64,000 nucleotides of DNA from IMG/VR virus record IMGVR_UViG_3300015607_004160. One strand, written 5' to 3'. The first letter of the stretch is position 1, and each line of letters opens with the position of its first letter. Positions 1 through 8,775 of this stretch are shown piece by piece. The position numbers and the translations under genes are program-made. The notes under the pieces are model-generated. The model did no database searches. It was not told the origin of the DNA and worked only from the letters and a program-made list of their open reading frames with translations. This DNA comes from a virus. Its lineage: Duplodnaviria; Caudoviricetes.

Positions 1-587
1 TTGAGATAATCACCATAAACTTGATCATACTCATCTTGTGTATAAAATTGATTGTCTATATCCGAAAAGACAACTCTTGTATCTGTGGAGGTTAAAGTAA
101 CGGGAAGTTTTTCTTGTCCATATCCTGGTCCAAATGAACCACCTATATTCATAAGTTCAGTACCACTGATTGACTCTATAAATTTTTTAAATTTCTTTGT
201 TCCTTTTTCGTTTCCCGATATACATTTTTCTTTAAAACATTTTTCGAATCCATCTAATCTATCACATTTGTAATATTTACAATCAGGATAAAATAGAACT
301 ATAAGAAACCAATCGTCTTTTAATTTACTTAGTGATAGGAGGTTTGAATAACCATTGGTATGTTTAATGCTTAAACAATCTGACATATCAATAGTTATCA
401 CATACATTGGATATTCCTTTTTTAAGAAGTTTTCTATATAATTTATATCCTCATCTGTAAAGTGGCAAGAAGATATATTAACAAAATTTTCGTCAAATTG
501 AAAGTGATTGTCATATTCTGCCTCGGTTATTTCTGTGTAGAAGTTGTCATCAATCGATTCAAAATATTTAAATTTTTTAATTCTCAT
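1..587 (-). CDS. Partial hypothetical protein with N-terminal capsid-targeting-like motif and YKCD-family module (runs off window start)
   Basis: Not in the ORF track. Hand translation from ATG 587: MRIKKFKYFES...LSKLKDDWFLIV...YYKCDRLDG...TKKFKKFIESISG..., with no stop before position 1. Confidence 0.8.
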   Translation of the reverse strand, partial: MRIKKFKYFESIDDNFYTEITEAEYDNHFQFDENFVNISSCHFTDEDINYIENFLKKEYPMYVITIDMSDCLSIKHTNGYSNLLSLSKLKDDWFLIVLFYPDCKYYKCDRLDGFEKCFKEKCISGNEKGTKKFKKFIESISGTELMNIGGSFGPGYGQEKLPVTLTSTDTRVVFSDIDNQFYTQDEYDQVYGDYL

Positions 588-1047
588 CTTTTATAGGTAT
601 CTTTTCATAATATTGATCTTGTGATTGTAATGAATATTCATCCTTTTTAATATCATAAACTATATTATATAAATAATTATCTTTTAATTCTATTCTTTCA
701 CCATCTTTTAAAACTATAAAACATGACTCACTTTCAAATTGATTAAAAACAGAGACGATTTCTATACCGACTTTATTCTTTTCATATAGATCACAGATAA
801 CTTTTCTTCCCTCTGAAAGAATATCTTTGATTCTATCAAACGCATCATTCTTAGTCAAGTAAGAAAAATCCTTATAATCATCTTCATTGGACTTATCAAA
901 CATACTTAAGAACCTTTTTTCTACATCATTCAAAGGCTTTCCCTCAGACATCTTATCTAAGATTCTATTTAATTCATCATCCTTAACTGACTCATTCACT
1001 TGACTTATCCAGGTTTCAAAATTCATAATTCGCATTGGTTTCACCAT
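577..1047 (-). CDS. Hypothetical protein (weak N-terminal targeting-like motif)
   Basis: ORF track; MRIMNFETWISQVNES near the N-terminus; TAATATATA upstream on the minus strand (~1055-1063). Confidence 0.7.
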   Translation of the reverse strand: MVKPMRIMNFETWISQVNESVKDDELNRILDKMSEGKPLNDVEKRFLSMFDKSNEDDYKDFSYLTKNDAFDRIKDILSEGRKVICDLYEKNKVGIEIVSVFNQFESESCFIVLKDGERIELKDNYLYNIVYDIKKDEYSLQSQDQYYEKIPIKDEN

Positions 1048-1113
1048 TTTTTATTATATATTAAAAGACAAAGATTATTTTATATATAGTATTATAAATA
1101 TTTACAAAAATAG

Positions 1114-4100
1114 ATGGATAAACAGTTGCTCGCTGCTTTAAGTAATTTATCAATAGCGTTACAAGAAATATCTGATTCCTTAGATAGTATTAATAAGACT
1201 AAGGAAACTTCCAATTCTTCTATTGTTGAAGCATTCAAAAGTTTAGATATTAATGAGCAGCTTAAATCCATTGATGAAGGTGTTAAAAAAATACAAGAGG
1301 ATAATAAACAAATAGTTAAAACACAAAAGCAAATATTATCACAGGTTAGTAAGCCGTCAGCAACAACCAAAGAAAATAGCCTAATAAATACTAAAGATCA
1401 AAAGGGAATTAAAGATGGGGTTAGCTTAATATTGCTAATAGCTGGTGGTGTTTTGGCTATTGGCCTTGCATTTAAACTAATAGGCACTGTCGATTTTAAA
1501 TCGGTAATAGCTTTAAGTTTATCGTTGCCCCTGATAGCATTTGCATTTGAAAAGGTCGCAAAAATCAAGTCTGATATTAAAAGTTTGACAATTGTTAATT
1601 TTGGGTTAATAATGATGGCTGGTACAATGGTCATTGTTTCAAAATTATTAAGTTTTGTAACACCTATTAGTCTTGATAAACTAATTACTACTGTATTGAT
1701 ATCCGGAGCATTTGTATTATTATCAGCATCTATTGGAAAAATATCACAAAATGTTGAAGGAATAAATGTAAGAAATCTTTGGAAGTTGCCACTTGTACTA
1801 CTTGCTGCGTCTGCTGCTATTGCCACATCATCTTGGATATTACAATGGGTTAAACCAGTTGGATTTAATCAATTACTAACAGTTATAATGATTTCAGCGG
1901 CATTTGCTGTTCTATCATTTGGACTTGGTAAACTTGTTAAAGCCATGGATAAAATACTGAAAAATTACGCAGAGGTAGTAGCATTACTACCTTTAGTATT
2001 AGTTGGTGTTTCATTAGCTATAACTGGATCATCTTATATTTTATCTAAAATAGTTCCAATAAGTTTCCCACAGGCATTAACAACTATATTAATAGCCTCA
2101 ACATTTACAATTTTATCATATGGATTACCTAAAGTAGTTGATGCAGTTAGTAAAATTAAGATAAAGGATATTCCAATGATTCCATTAGTTCTAATTGCTA
2201 TGTCGGCTGCTATATTAGGATCATCTTATCTCTTTTCAAAAGTTCAAACTGTTCCATTTGGGACTTTAATAAACATAGCACTTCAATCAATTGCATTAAC
2301 AGTTGTTGCTATTGCAATCGGATTTGCAATGAGTATCTTAGATAAATTAGGAATAAGTCATCAACGGGACGGGCTTCCATCAAAAGCCTTAATGGGTGGG
2401 GTATCAATTGTTATAATTGCAACTACTTTAATGACCTCATCGTTAATAATTTCACTGGGTCAATATTCTGTTTATCCGGATTTAAGTTGGACACTTAATA
2501 TGGCTGCTTCCATGTTAATCTTTGGAGCGGGAATGGCAATTATAGGAGCAAGTACGACTGCGGCCACAGAAGTCCTACCAGCTTTAATTATTGGAGGCAT
2601 TGGTATACTTGTAATAGCAGGAACAATCTTAGCAACAGATGCAATATTATCTAATGGTGAGTATAAAATATACCCTACACTGCCATGGGTATTGGGAGTA
2701 GGGGCATCTTTAACAACATTCGGTTTAGTAATGGCCGCGTCAGCTTTCGGAATAATTGCCTTAGCAATTGGATATTTAAGTATTAGTCTTATTGCAAATT
2801 CTATTGTTAAAGTAGCTAATATTTTAAATGGAGGTGAATATGGAAAATATCCATCCTTATCATGGATTCTTGGAGTAGGCTTATCATTAGGAGCATTTGG
2901 AACAATAATGGTTGCTAGTGGAATTGGTATCATAGCGTTGGGATTAGGATATCTAAGTATTAAAATGATTGCTAATTCAATAGTCGAAACATCACAAATA
3001 TTATCAAATGGTAAATTTACTGGTGGTCCTTCCTTAGGGTGGGCACTCGGAACAAGTGTTTTATTAACAACATTTGGAATGTCTATGATGTTACTTGGTG
3101 CATTTGTGGCTGGTACACTTGGGCTTGGATATGTTGCTTTACTTGCTGGTAAATCAGCACTGAAAGTAATTGCACAATCTATTGTAGATGCGTCATTTAT
3201 ATTATCAAATGGTAATTATAAAGATGGACCAACAAAAGAATGGGCTGAAGGGGTTGCGTTATCAATTGGAGCATTTGCACCAGTATATAAAACATTAACA
3301 TCAAAAGGCGGTGGTGGATCATCACCAGCTAAAATGAAACAAGCTATAGTTACAATATCAGAAGGTATTATTACCGCTGCTCAATTCTTCTCTAAGAATA
3401 CAGTTTCATTTAAAAATGGTCCGCCTGTGGAATGGGCTGAAGGAGTTGGATTATCAATTAGAGCATTTACTCCAGTATTTGAATCATTAGCTAAGAACAA
3501 AAGCTGGTTCAGTAGTGGCCTTGATATGGACGAAATGGTAAATGCAGTTCATGGAATATCACAAGGTATAATTACTTCTGCTGAAATTTTCAATCAAAAT
3601 AGAACCATATTTGGTGGAACTTATCCAAGTGTAGAATGGGCTGAGGGTGTCGGATTAGCTATTAGGGCATTTAATCCAGTTATTGAATATGCAGCTTCAA
3701 TATCAGGAATAACAAGCAATGTTAGTTCTGATTGGTTGTATAAGAATATTACATTCTTTGCGAAAGCAATGGTTGAAACAGCAAATATATTATCTGGTAA
3801 CTATGAAGGATCTAGAGGAAAACCTAATTACAATAATATAATACCAGATAATTATACACAAACATTAACATCATTATATAGTTCATTTTATAAATTAGTT
3901 AGTGATAAAAAAATAGCTAGCCTCGATAGTGATAACTTTGGAGTTTTTTATGCAATGGCTGGATCGATTTCAAATACAAGTATAATTTTAAGTAAAGGAA
4001 ATTATAAATTAATACCATTGGATTATATGACTAACTTAACAAGTAATATAATTCAATATTCTAAATTATTATCTTATTTAAAAGGAACAAATGAATCAGA

Positions 4101-4551
4101 GACTAAGCTACTTGGACTTGTGACTATTAGTAGGGCCAGTGATATAACAAGAATGGCTAGTGATTATGATAAATTAGCAAATAGCATTCAAAATTTATCA
4201 GGGGCTATTCAATCAATTGATGTAGAAAGAATAACCGCACTTAAAACACTAACCGGAAGTATTGTATTAATGTCACTAATGGATTCTGATCAATTTAATT
4301 CAATGATGGATTCATTAGAAAGTAAAGCTAAAATATTTGTTGATGTTATTAATGATATGGAAAATGGGGTAAGTGGGAAAGAAATATCAATTAATGCTGG
4401 GGGTGCTAAACAAAGTGGTCCAACAATGCAAGATGTTGTTAATGTTATGTCTAGAATGGATGCTAAACTTGGCCAGTTAGTATCATATAGTAGTAGCATT
4501 TCATTAAAGATTAACGAAATAAAAACCAATAAAGGTATAAAAGGTAAATAA
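1114..4551 (+). CDS. Probable tail tape measure protein
   Basis: 1145 aa, Ala/Gly/Ile/Leu/Ser-rich and helical, with ~60-68 aa periodic repeats (LPLVLxxxSxAIxxSSxIL; GxYxxYPxLxW; GPxxEWAEGV) and coiled-coil ends, in a myophage context. Confidence 0.65.
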   Translation: MDKQLLAALSNLSIALQEISDSLDSINKTKETSNSSIVEAFKSLDINEQLKSIDEGVKKIQEDNKQIVKTQKQILSQVSKPSATTKENSLINTKDQKGIKDGVSLILLIAGGVLAIGLAFKLIGTVDFKSVIALSLSLPLIAFAFEKVAKIKSDIKSLTIVNFGLIMMAGTMVIVSKLLSFVTPISLDKLITTVLISGAFVLLSASIGKISQNVEGINVRNLWKLPLVLLAASAAIATSSWILQWVKPVGFNQLLTVIMISAAFAVLSFGLGKLVKAMDKILKNYAEVVALLPLVLVGVSLAITGSSYILSKIVPISFPQALTTILIASTFTILSYGLPKVVDAVSKIKIKDIPMIPLVLIAMSAAILGSSYLFSKVQTVPFGTLINIALQSIALTVVAIAIGFAMSILDKLGISHQRDGLPSKALMGGVSIVIIATTLMTSSLIISLGQYSVYPDLSWTLNMAASMLIFGAGMAIIGASTTAATEVLPALIIGGIGILVIAGTILATDAILSNGEYKIYPTLPWVLGVGASLTTFGLVMAASAFGIIALAIGYLSISLIANSIVKVANILNGGEYGKYPSLSWILGVGLSLGAFGTIMVASGIGIIALGLGYLSIKMIANSIVETSQILSNGKFTGGPSLGWALGTSVLLTTFGMSMMLLGAFVAGTLGLGYVALLAGKSALKVIAQSIVDASFILSNGNYKDGPTKEWAEGVALSIGAFAPVYKTLTSKGGGGSSPAKMKQAIVTISEGIITAAQFFSKNTVSFKNGPPVEWAEGVGLSIRAFTPVFESLAKNKSWFSSGLDMDEMVNAVHGISQGIITSAEIFNQNRTIFGGTYPSVEWAEGVGLAIRAFNPVIEYAASISGITSNVSSDWLYKNITFFAKAMVETANILSGNYEGSRGKPNYNNIIPDNYTQTLTSLYSSFYKLVSDKKIASLDSDNFGVFYAMAGSISNTSIILSKGNYKLIPLDYMTNLTSNIIQYSKLLSYLKGTNESETKLLGLVTISRASDITRMASDYDKLANSIQNLSGAIQSIDVERITALKTLTGSIVLMSLMDSDQFNSMMDSLESKAKIFVDVINDMENGVSGKEISINAGGAKQSGPTMQDVVNVMSRMDAKLGQLVSYSSSISLKINEIKTNKGIKGK

Positions 4552-4576
4552 ACAAATATTATACTCTTTTATATAA
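4549..4576 (+). promoter_or_regulatory. Putative promoter, class TAAAC-N17-HTATAA
   Basis: TAAAC, 17 nt, ATATAA, ending 5 nt before ATG 4582; the same spacing occurs at four other intergenic sites. Confidence 0.55.
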
Positions 4577-4581
4577 ATGAT

Positions 4582-5016
4582 ATGAAAAAACTTTCTTTTT
4601 GGAAAAAGCTATCTATCTATAGAACTTATAGAAAAATTGTCCTAAAAAATAAAAATGAGTTTGAATCTACTTACGGTCTTAGAATAGATAGAGCAAATAG
4701 AATATACACTGTAATAAACATACCAGCCGAAATGTTTGAGGAGCCTTATAATTTAAGAACCGCTGATATCAATAAAATTTCCGAGCCTTATATAACAGCA
4801 TATATAAAGCAAATTTCTGGATTATTAGATTCTAAAGAACTAGGAGAATTATACAGATTGTATGATATTCAAAAAATAGACAAGTATAGCTACTTAGTAA
4901 TAATAGGATTTTCTTTATTTGATACTGCTAAATTATCCAGAAACATCTTCCTAAGATTTATACCAACAATCTTTATTTTATCTATATTAACCTTTTTAAT
5001 TTTGAAACTGTTATAA
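4582..5016 (+). CDS. Hypothetical protein with C-terminal transmembrane segment
   Basis: ORF track; hydrophobic C-terminus FIPTIFILSILTFLILKLL. Confidence 0.75.
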   Translation: MKKLSFWKKLSIYRTYRKIVLKNKNEFESTYGLRIDRANRIYTVINIPAEMFEEPYNLRTADINKISEPYITAYIKQISGLLDSKELGELYRLYDIQKIDKYSYLVIIGFSLFDTAKLSRNIFLRFIPTIFILSILTFLILKLL

Positions 5017-5041
5017 ACTTTTAAGATATTTTAATTTATAA
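5014..5041 (+). promoter_or_regulatory. Putative promoter, class TAAAC-N17-HTATAA
   Basis: TAAAC, 17 nt, TTATAA upstream of ATG 5056. Confidence 0.55.
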
Positions 5042-5055
5042 AAATAAAAAATCAC

Positions 5056-5490
5056 ATGAGTAAATATTACGATTTATCTGAAGATGCAATTAAAACATTT
5101 AATGACATCTTTAAGAAAAAAGCTTTTCCTGTAGATGTTAAATTTCACTTTACTGGAGATTCTAAACAAAAAAACCTAATAAAAGTATCTAAGATTCCTG
5201 ATATCTATGCAGCAGATAATGCCTTAGGAAAAGAGTTAACTATTAGTATTAATGAAGATTTAATGACAGTATTTGACGAAGAATCAGTTCAGATATTGAT
5301 TGAGCAGGAAATTGATAAAATTTCTATCAACATTGATAATGGAAAAATCAAATTAATTAAACCAGATTTAACAACTTTCTCCGGATTAATAACTAAATAT
5401 GGTATCGAAAAGGTATCAAAGGCTAATCAAGTAGAAGAATTATATGATCAGCAAAAGAAAGATGGTGCTGATGATGAATTTATAGTATAA
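5056..5490 (+). CDS. Phage metallopeptidase-like fold protein, probably inactive
   Basis: ISINED...QILIEQEIDKI...KPDLTTFSGLITKYG parallels the LxxHELxH...HDxxxFxxxxxRYG pattern of putative phage metallopeptidases but lacks the His ligands. Confidence 0.45.
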   Translation: MSKYYDLSEDAIKTFNDIFKKKAFPVDVKFHFTGDSKQKNLIKVSKIPDIYAADNALGKELTISINEDLMTVFDEESVQILIEQEIDKISINIDNGKIKLIKPDLTTFSGLITKYGIEKVSKANQVEELYDQQKKDGADDEFIV

Positions 5491-5509
5491 AAATAAAAAT
5501 AAAAATAAA

Positions 5510-6211
5510 ATGGAAAAACAAACAATAGAAACAAACGTGGTAAAACCTAAACTTTCTATCTTCGTAGAAGAAGTTGAGTATAGAATTATTACACCTGAAA
5601 CAGAAACACAATTAGATTCTGGTATTGCAGAGATTGAAAAATTTATAGCTAATAATCACGGGTTTGGAGAAACTGATGCAGTTAAAGATTTATTGTATGC
5701 AGATGCAAAAAGCTTATGGAATAAGTATGCAGCAGCTTTAAGGGACGCTTCATTCACTTTCTACTTAAATAGAGACGAATATAGATTTTTAGTTACTTTA
5801 TTAAAAGATAAATTAGAATATGATGTTAATACAGTTTTCTTAGCAATTGAATTAACTAATATGTTAGGTGAGTGGGTACAATCAGAAAAGCATAAAGGTG
5901 ATGATGATGTTAAGGGATTTATGGTTGATGCTACGGAAATTACTTATATCTATCACTTAATTGCTAAGCATAAAATAAAAGGTCTTACAAAAGATACTTA
6001 TACATTTGCGTATACTTTAAGAAAAATTGGTGATATTAGTAAAATTATCAGTTACTATGATACAGCTGCTAAAAATCTTTCTAAGGAAATTCAAGAATGG
6101 GTTGCAAACTTTGAACCAAGAGAAGAAGCTCCAACTGAACACGCAACAACTGAAGAATCAGTTAAAGCAAAAAAACTAGCTCCCAAAAAGAAGAGAGAAG
6201 AAACAATCTAA
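5510..6211 (+). CDS. Hypothetical protein
   Basis: 233-aa ORF, co-oriented in the operon. Confidence 0.8.
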   Translation: MEKQTIETNVVKPKLSIFVEEVEYRIITPETETQLDSGIAEIEKFIANNHGFGETDAVKDLLYADAKSLWNKYAAALRDASFTFYLNRDEYRFLVTLLKDKLEYDVNTVFLAIELTNMLGEWVQSEKHKGDDDVKGFMVDATEITYIYHLIAKHKIKGLTKDTYTFAYTLRKIGDISKIISYYDTAAKNLSKEIQEWVANFEPREEAPTEHATTEESVKAKKLAPKKKREETI

Positions 6212-6213
6212 TT

Positions 6214-7191
6214 ATGAAATATATTTGTGTACAACCTAGATTAGTTTATTATGCCTGGCAACTGGAAGTTATGATAAATAACTTCCTTAAGCACAGCATA
6301 AATCCAAATGATATTCAAATATTAGTTGCCTATAGCCCAGATCAGAATGATAGAACAAATCATTCTGATGTGGTGGATTTATATTCTAAACTAATGCAGA
6401 AATATCCAACTGTTGGATTCTATTTCTATAAAGACACCAGAGTTAACCCCTGTTATATTTCATCTGTCAGGCCTAATATACTAAAACAACATTTTAAATA
6501 TTTTCCCGAATTAAAAAAATCAAATATTTTTTATCACGATTGTGATATTGTGTTTAGTAAAACACCAGATTTTACTCCATTTTTAAATAATAAAATCTGG
6601 TATATGAGCAATACTGAAGGATATATTGGATCAAGATATGTTCTAAGTAAAGGTGAAGATATTTATCTAAAGATGTGTGAAATTGTTGGAATAGATTCAA
6701 AAATACCTAAGTTGATGGAATCTAATTCTGGTGGAGCTCAATATTTATTAAAAGGAGTAGATTCAGACTTTTGGGAAAAGGTTGAAAAAGATTCTGAAGA
6801 TCTATATAGATATTTTTTAGAAGATGAACCTATAAAAATGGCTGAAAATCCATCATATCATCCAATTCAAAAATGGACCTCTGATATGTGGGCAGTATTG
6901 TGGAATGCATGGTATTTCGAACATGAGACTAAAGTAGATCCATATTTTAATTTCACATGGGCTACCGATCCAATTGAGAGATGGAATGATAATGTTATTT
7001 ATCATAATGCCGGAGTGGTTGGACCTGGTGAATTATTTTATAAAGGTGATTATATAAACACTCTTCCTTATTTTATTGAGGATACATTTAATAAAAATTT
7101 TGCATCTTACAATTATTTTAAAGAAATACTTGAATCTAAAGAAAATAGTTGTTTGAGAATTTCCACTGAATTAGTTGGACCTCAAATTTAA
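6214..7191 (+). CDS. GT-A glycosyltransferase, HPAT/SERGT (peptide O-glycosyltransferase)-like
   Basis: YYAWQLEV near the N-terminus, DxD motif FYHDCDIVF, GGAQY, and WTSDMWA resembling WxxEMY of plant HPAT/SERGT-type enzymes. Confidence 0.65.
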   Translation: MKYICVQPRLVYYAWQLEVMINNFLKHSINPNDIQILVAYSPDQNDRTNHSDVVDLYSKLMQKYPTVGFYFYKDTRVNPCYISSVRPNILKQHFKYFPELKKSNIFYHDCDIVFSKTPDFTPFLNNKIWYMSNTEGYIGSRYVLSKGEDIYLKMCEIVGIDSKIPKLMESNSGGAQYLLKGVDSDFWEKVEKDSEDLYRYFLEDEPIKMAENPSYHPIQKWTSDMWAVLWNAWYFEHETKVDPYFNFTWATDPIERWNDNVIYHNAGVVGPGELFYKGDYINTLPYFIEDTFNKNFASYNYFKEILESKENSCLRISTELVGPQI

Positions 7192-7802
7192 ACACAAGGT
7201 GGTACTATTGATCCACCACTTCTTAGTGTAACACTTATATTATTTGATGATGGTGTTAGCGGAAGTGTGAATGTGTGATCCACTATAGTATTAGTAGACG
7301 ATATATCCACAGGGGTATAAAATAACTCCGTTGAATTATCCATATCACAGACTCTATATCGAATAGTATTTCCGCTTCCACTAGTCCATCTTCCGGATAT
7401 TGTATATGAATTTCCAAAAGACAATACTATCGACCCACTTAATGTAGAAGTACCATTGGTATCTTTAGTTAGCATAGTCGTACTTGTTGTATTATTTATG
7501 ACAACTAATCTACCACCAATAGTTGTTCCAAGATTCCAATTTAAATTTACACTTGTGGAAACTATCGTAACAGGATCTAAATTTATATCCGTATATCCAG
7601 AACATAATCCATTAGATTGTAATCTAACATAAGTTGCGCTTAAATTTACACTATATGTTTTTCCATATCCAGGGGATAATAAATCCGCTTTTGGAACATT
7701 TGTATCAATAATATTCGCAAATGAATCACTTACATCAAAAGGTCCAGTATCAGATCCAGCTGATGTTAGTTGTACAAATATCTTTCTTGTTGTTTGTGGC
7801 AT
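7188..7802 (-). CDS. Putative virion/tail-associated beta-rich protein
   Basis: Thr/Ser/Gly-rich, beta-strand-like; in the operon downstream of the baseplate-like gene. Confidence 0.55.
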   Translation of the reverse strand: MPQTTRKIFVQLTSAGSDTGPFDVSDSFANIIDTNVPKADLLSPGYGKTYSVNLSATYVRLQSNGLCSGYTDINLDPVTIVSTSVNLNWNLGTTIGGRLVVINNTTSTTMLTKDTNGTSTLSGSIVLSFGNSYTISGRWTSGSGNTIRYRVCDMDNSTELFYTPVDISSTNTIVDHTFTLPLTPSSNNISVTLRSGGSIVPPCV

Positions 7803-7835
7803 TTTAGTTTATAAATTTTTTATTAATTTTCATAG

Positions 7836-8759
7836 TTAAGGAGGTGTACCTGGCATTGATATTTGCATTGTTGTAGAATAACTTGGATTAAACCCACCAA
7901 ATATATACCCACTAGTACCAACTGGTATAGATACATTAAAATCATAATAATTGTTATAACAATCAGTTGATGCACCTGAAGTATTTGTACAATTTACAAA
8001 TATGTCAGCAGTACTAAACATTTGATATAGAAATCTATTATAGTAAATACCGTATTGCACTGGTGAGTTTGAATTATTTGCGTTAACAGTGTAATCACTA
8101 AAATAAGTAACCCCGTCATATATACCAAAACTGTTTATTTGTAAATCAGGTTGACTTACCACAAATTCTATTGGTAACGTCTCTCTAAATGTCACAGTTT
8201 TATTTTCAGTTATACCTGTGATTGTAACATTCCATAATAGAGTCGAATCTTGTGTATAATAATTTAATATGGTTGTGCATCCAGGTGCAGTAAATATTGA
8301 TTCTAAAAATTGTATTGCCGATAGGTTATCGGATGGAATATTAAATCCCGAATTCCAAAATGATTCAAATGAAAAATTCACTTCTGTTTCACCATAATTT
8401 AATATAATTGTATTTTCATTTGATGAATATACAGATGATATTGGAGATAAGTTATAACCTGCACTAAAAGATTGTGTAGATGGAAAACTTCCAGGCAGCA
8501 TGGTTTCAAAACTTAAAATAAATCCAGGCGGCAGCGTAGTTGTTGTGGTTGTTGATGCACCTCCTAACGGACAGGATGTAATATCATATACGTTTGGAAA
8601 ATAGGGTCCAAGTCCAGATAATATTGCGTTACCAAGTATATCTGAATTTGGTTCAGTTAAATCAGATGACCAAGTTAGACCATTATAAAAAATGGTACCA
8701 TTCTCATCTAATATTAATCTTCTCCTATTTAAGTAAATTTTATATCCTGTAAATGACAT
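7836..8759 (-). CDS. Putative virion protein with poly-Thr linker
   Basis: CPLGGASTTTTTTLPP linker followed by beta-rich domains; follows the baseplate-like gene. Confidence 0.55.
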   Translation of the reverse strand: MSFTGYKIYLNRRRLILDENGTIFYNGLTWSSDLTEPNSDILGNAILSGLGPYFPNVYDITSCPLGGASTTTTTTLPPGFILSFETMLPGSFPSTQSFSAGYNLSPISSVYSSNENTIILNYGETEVNFSFESFWNSGFNIPSDNLSAIQFLESIFTAPGCTTILNYYTQDSTLLWNVTITGITENKTVTFRETLPIEFVVSQPDLQINSFGIYDGVTYFSDYTVNANNSNSPVQYGIYYNRFLYQMFSTADIFVNCTNTSGASTDCYNNYYDFNVSIPVGTSGYIFGGFNPSYSTTMQISMPGTPP

Positions 8760-8775
8760 ATTTTATATATTTTTT

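Noticed and set aside
1092-4529. Antisense ORFs inside the tape-measure-like gene (also inside the sheath, 47613 and other long genes)
   Set aside because: Fully nested opposite long genes, with no motifs or upstream elements.
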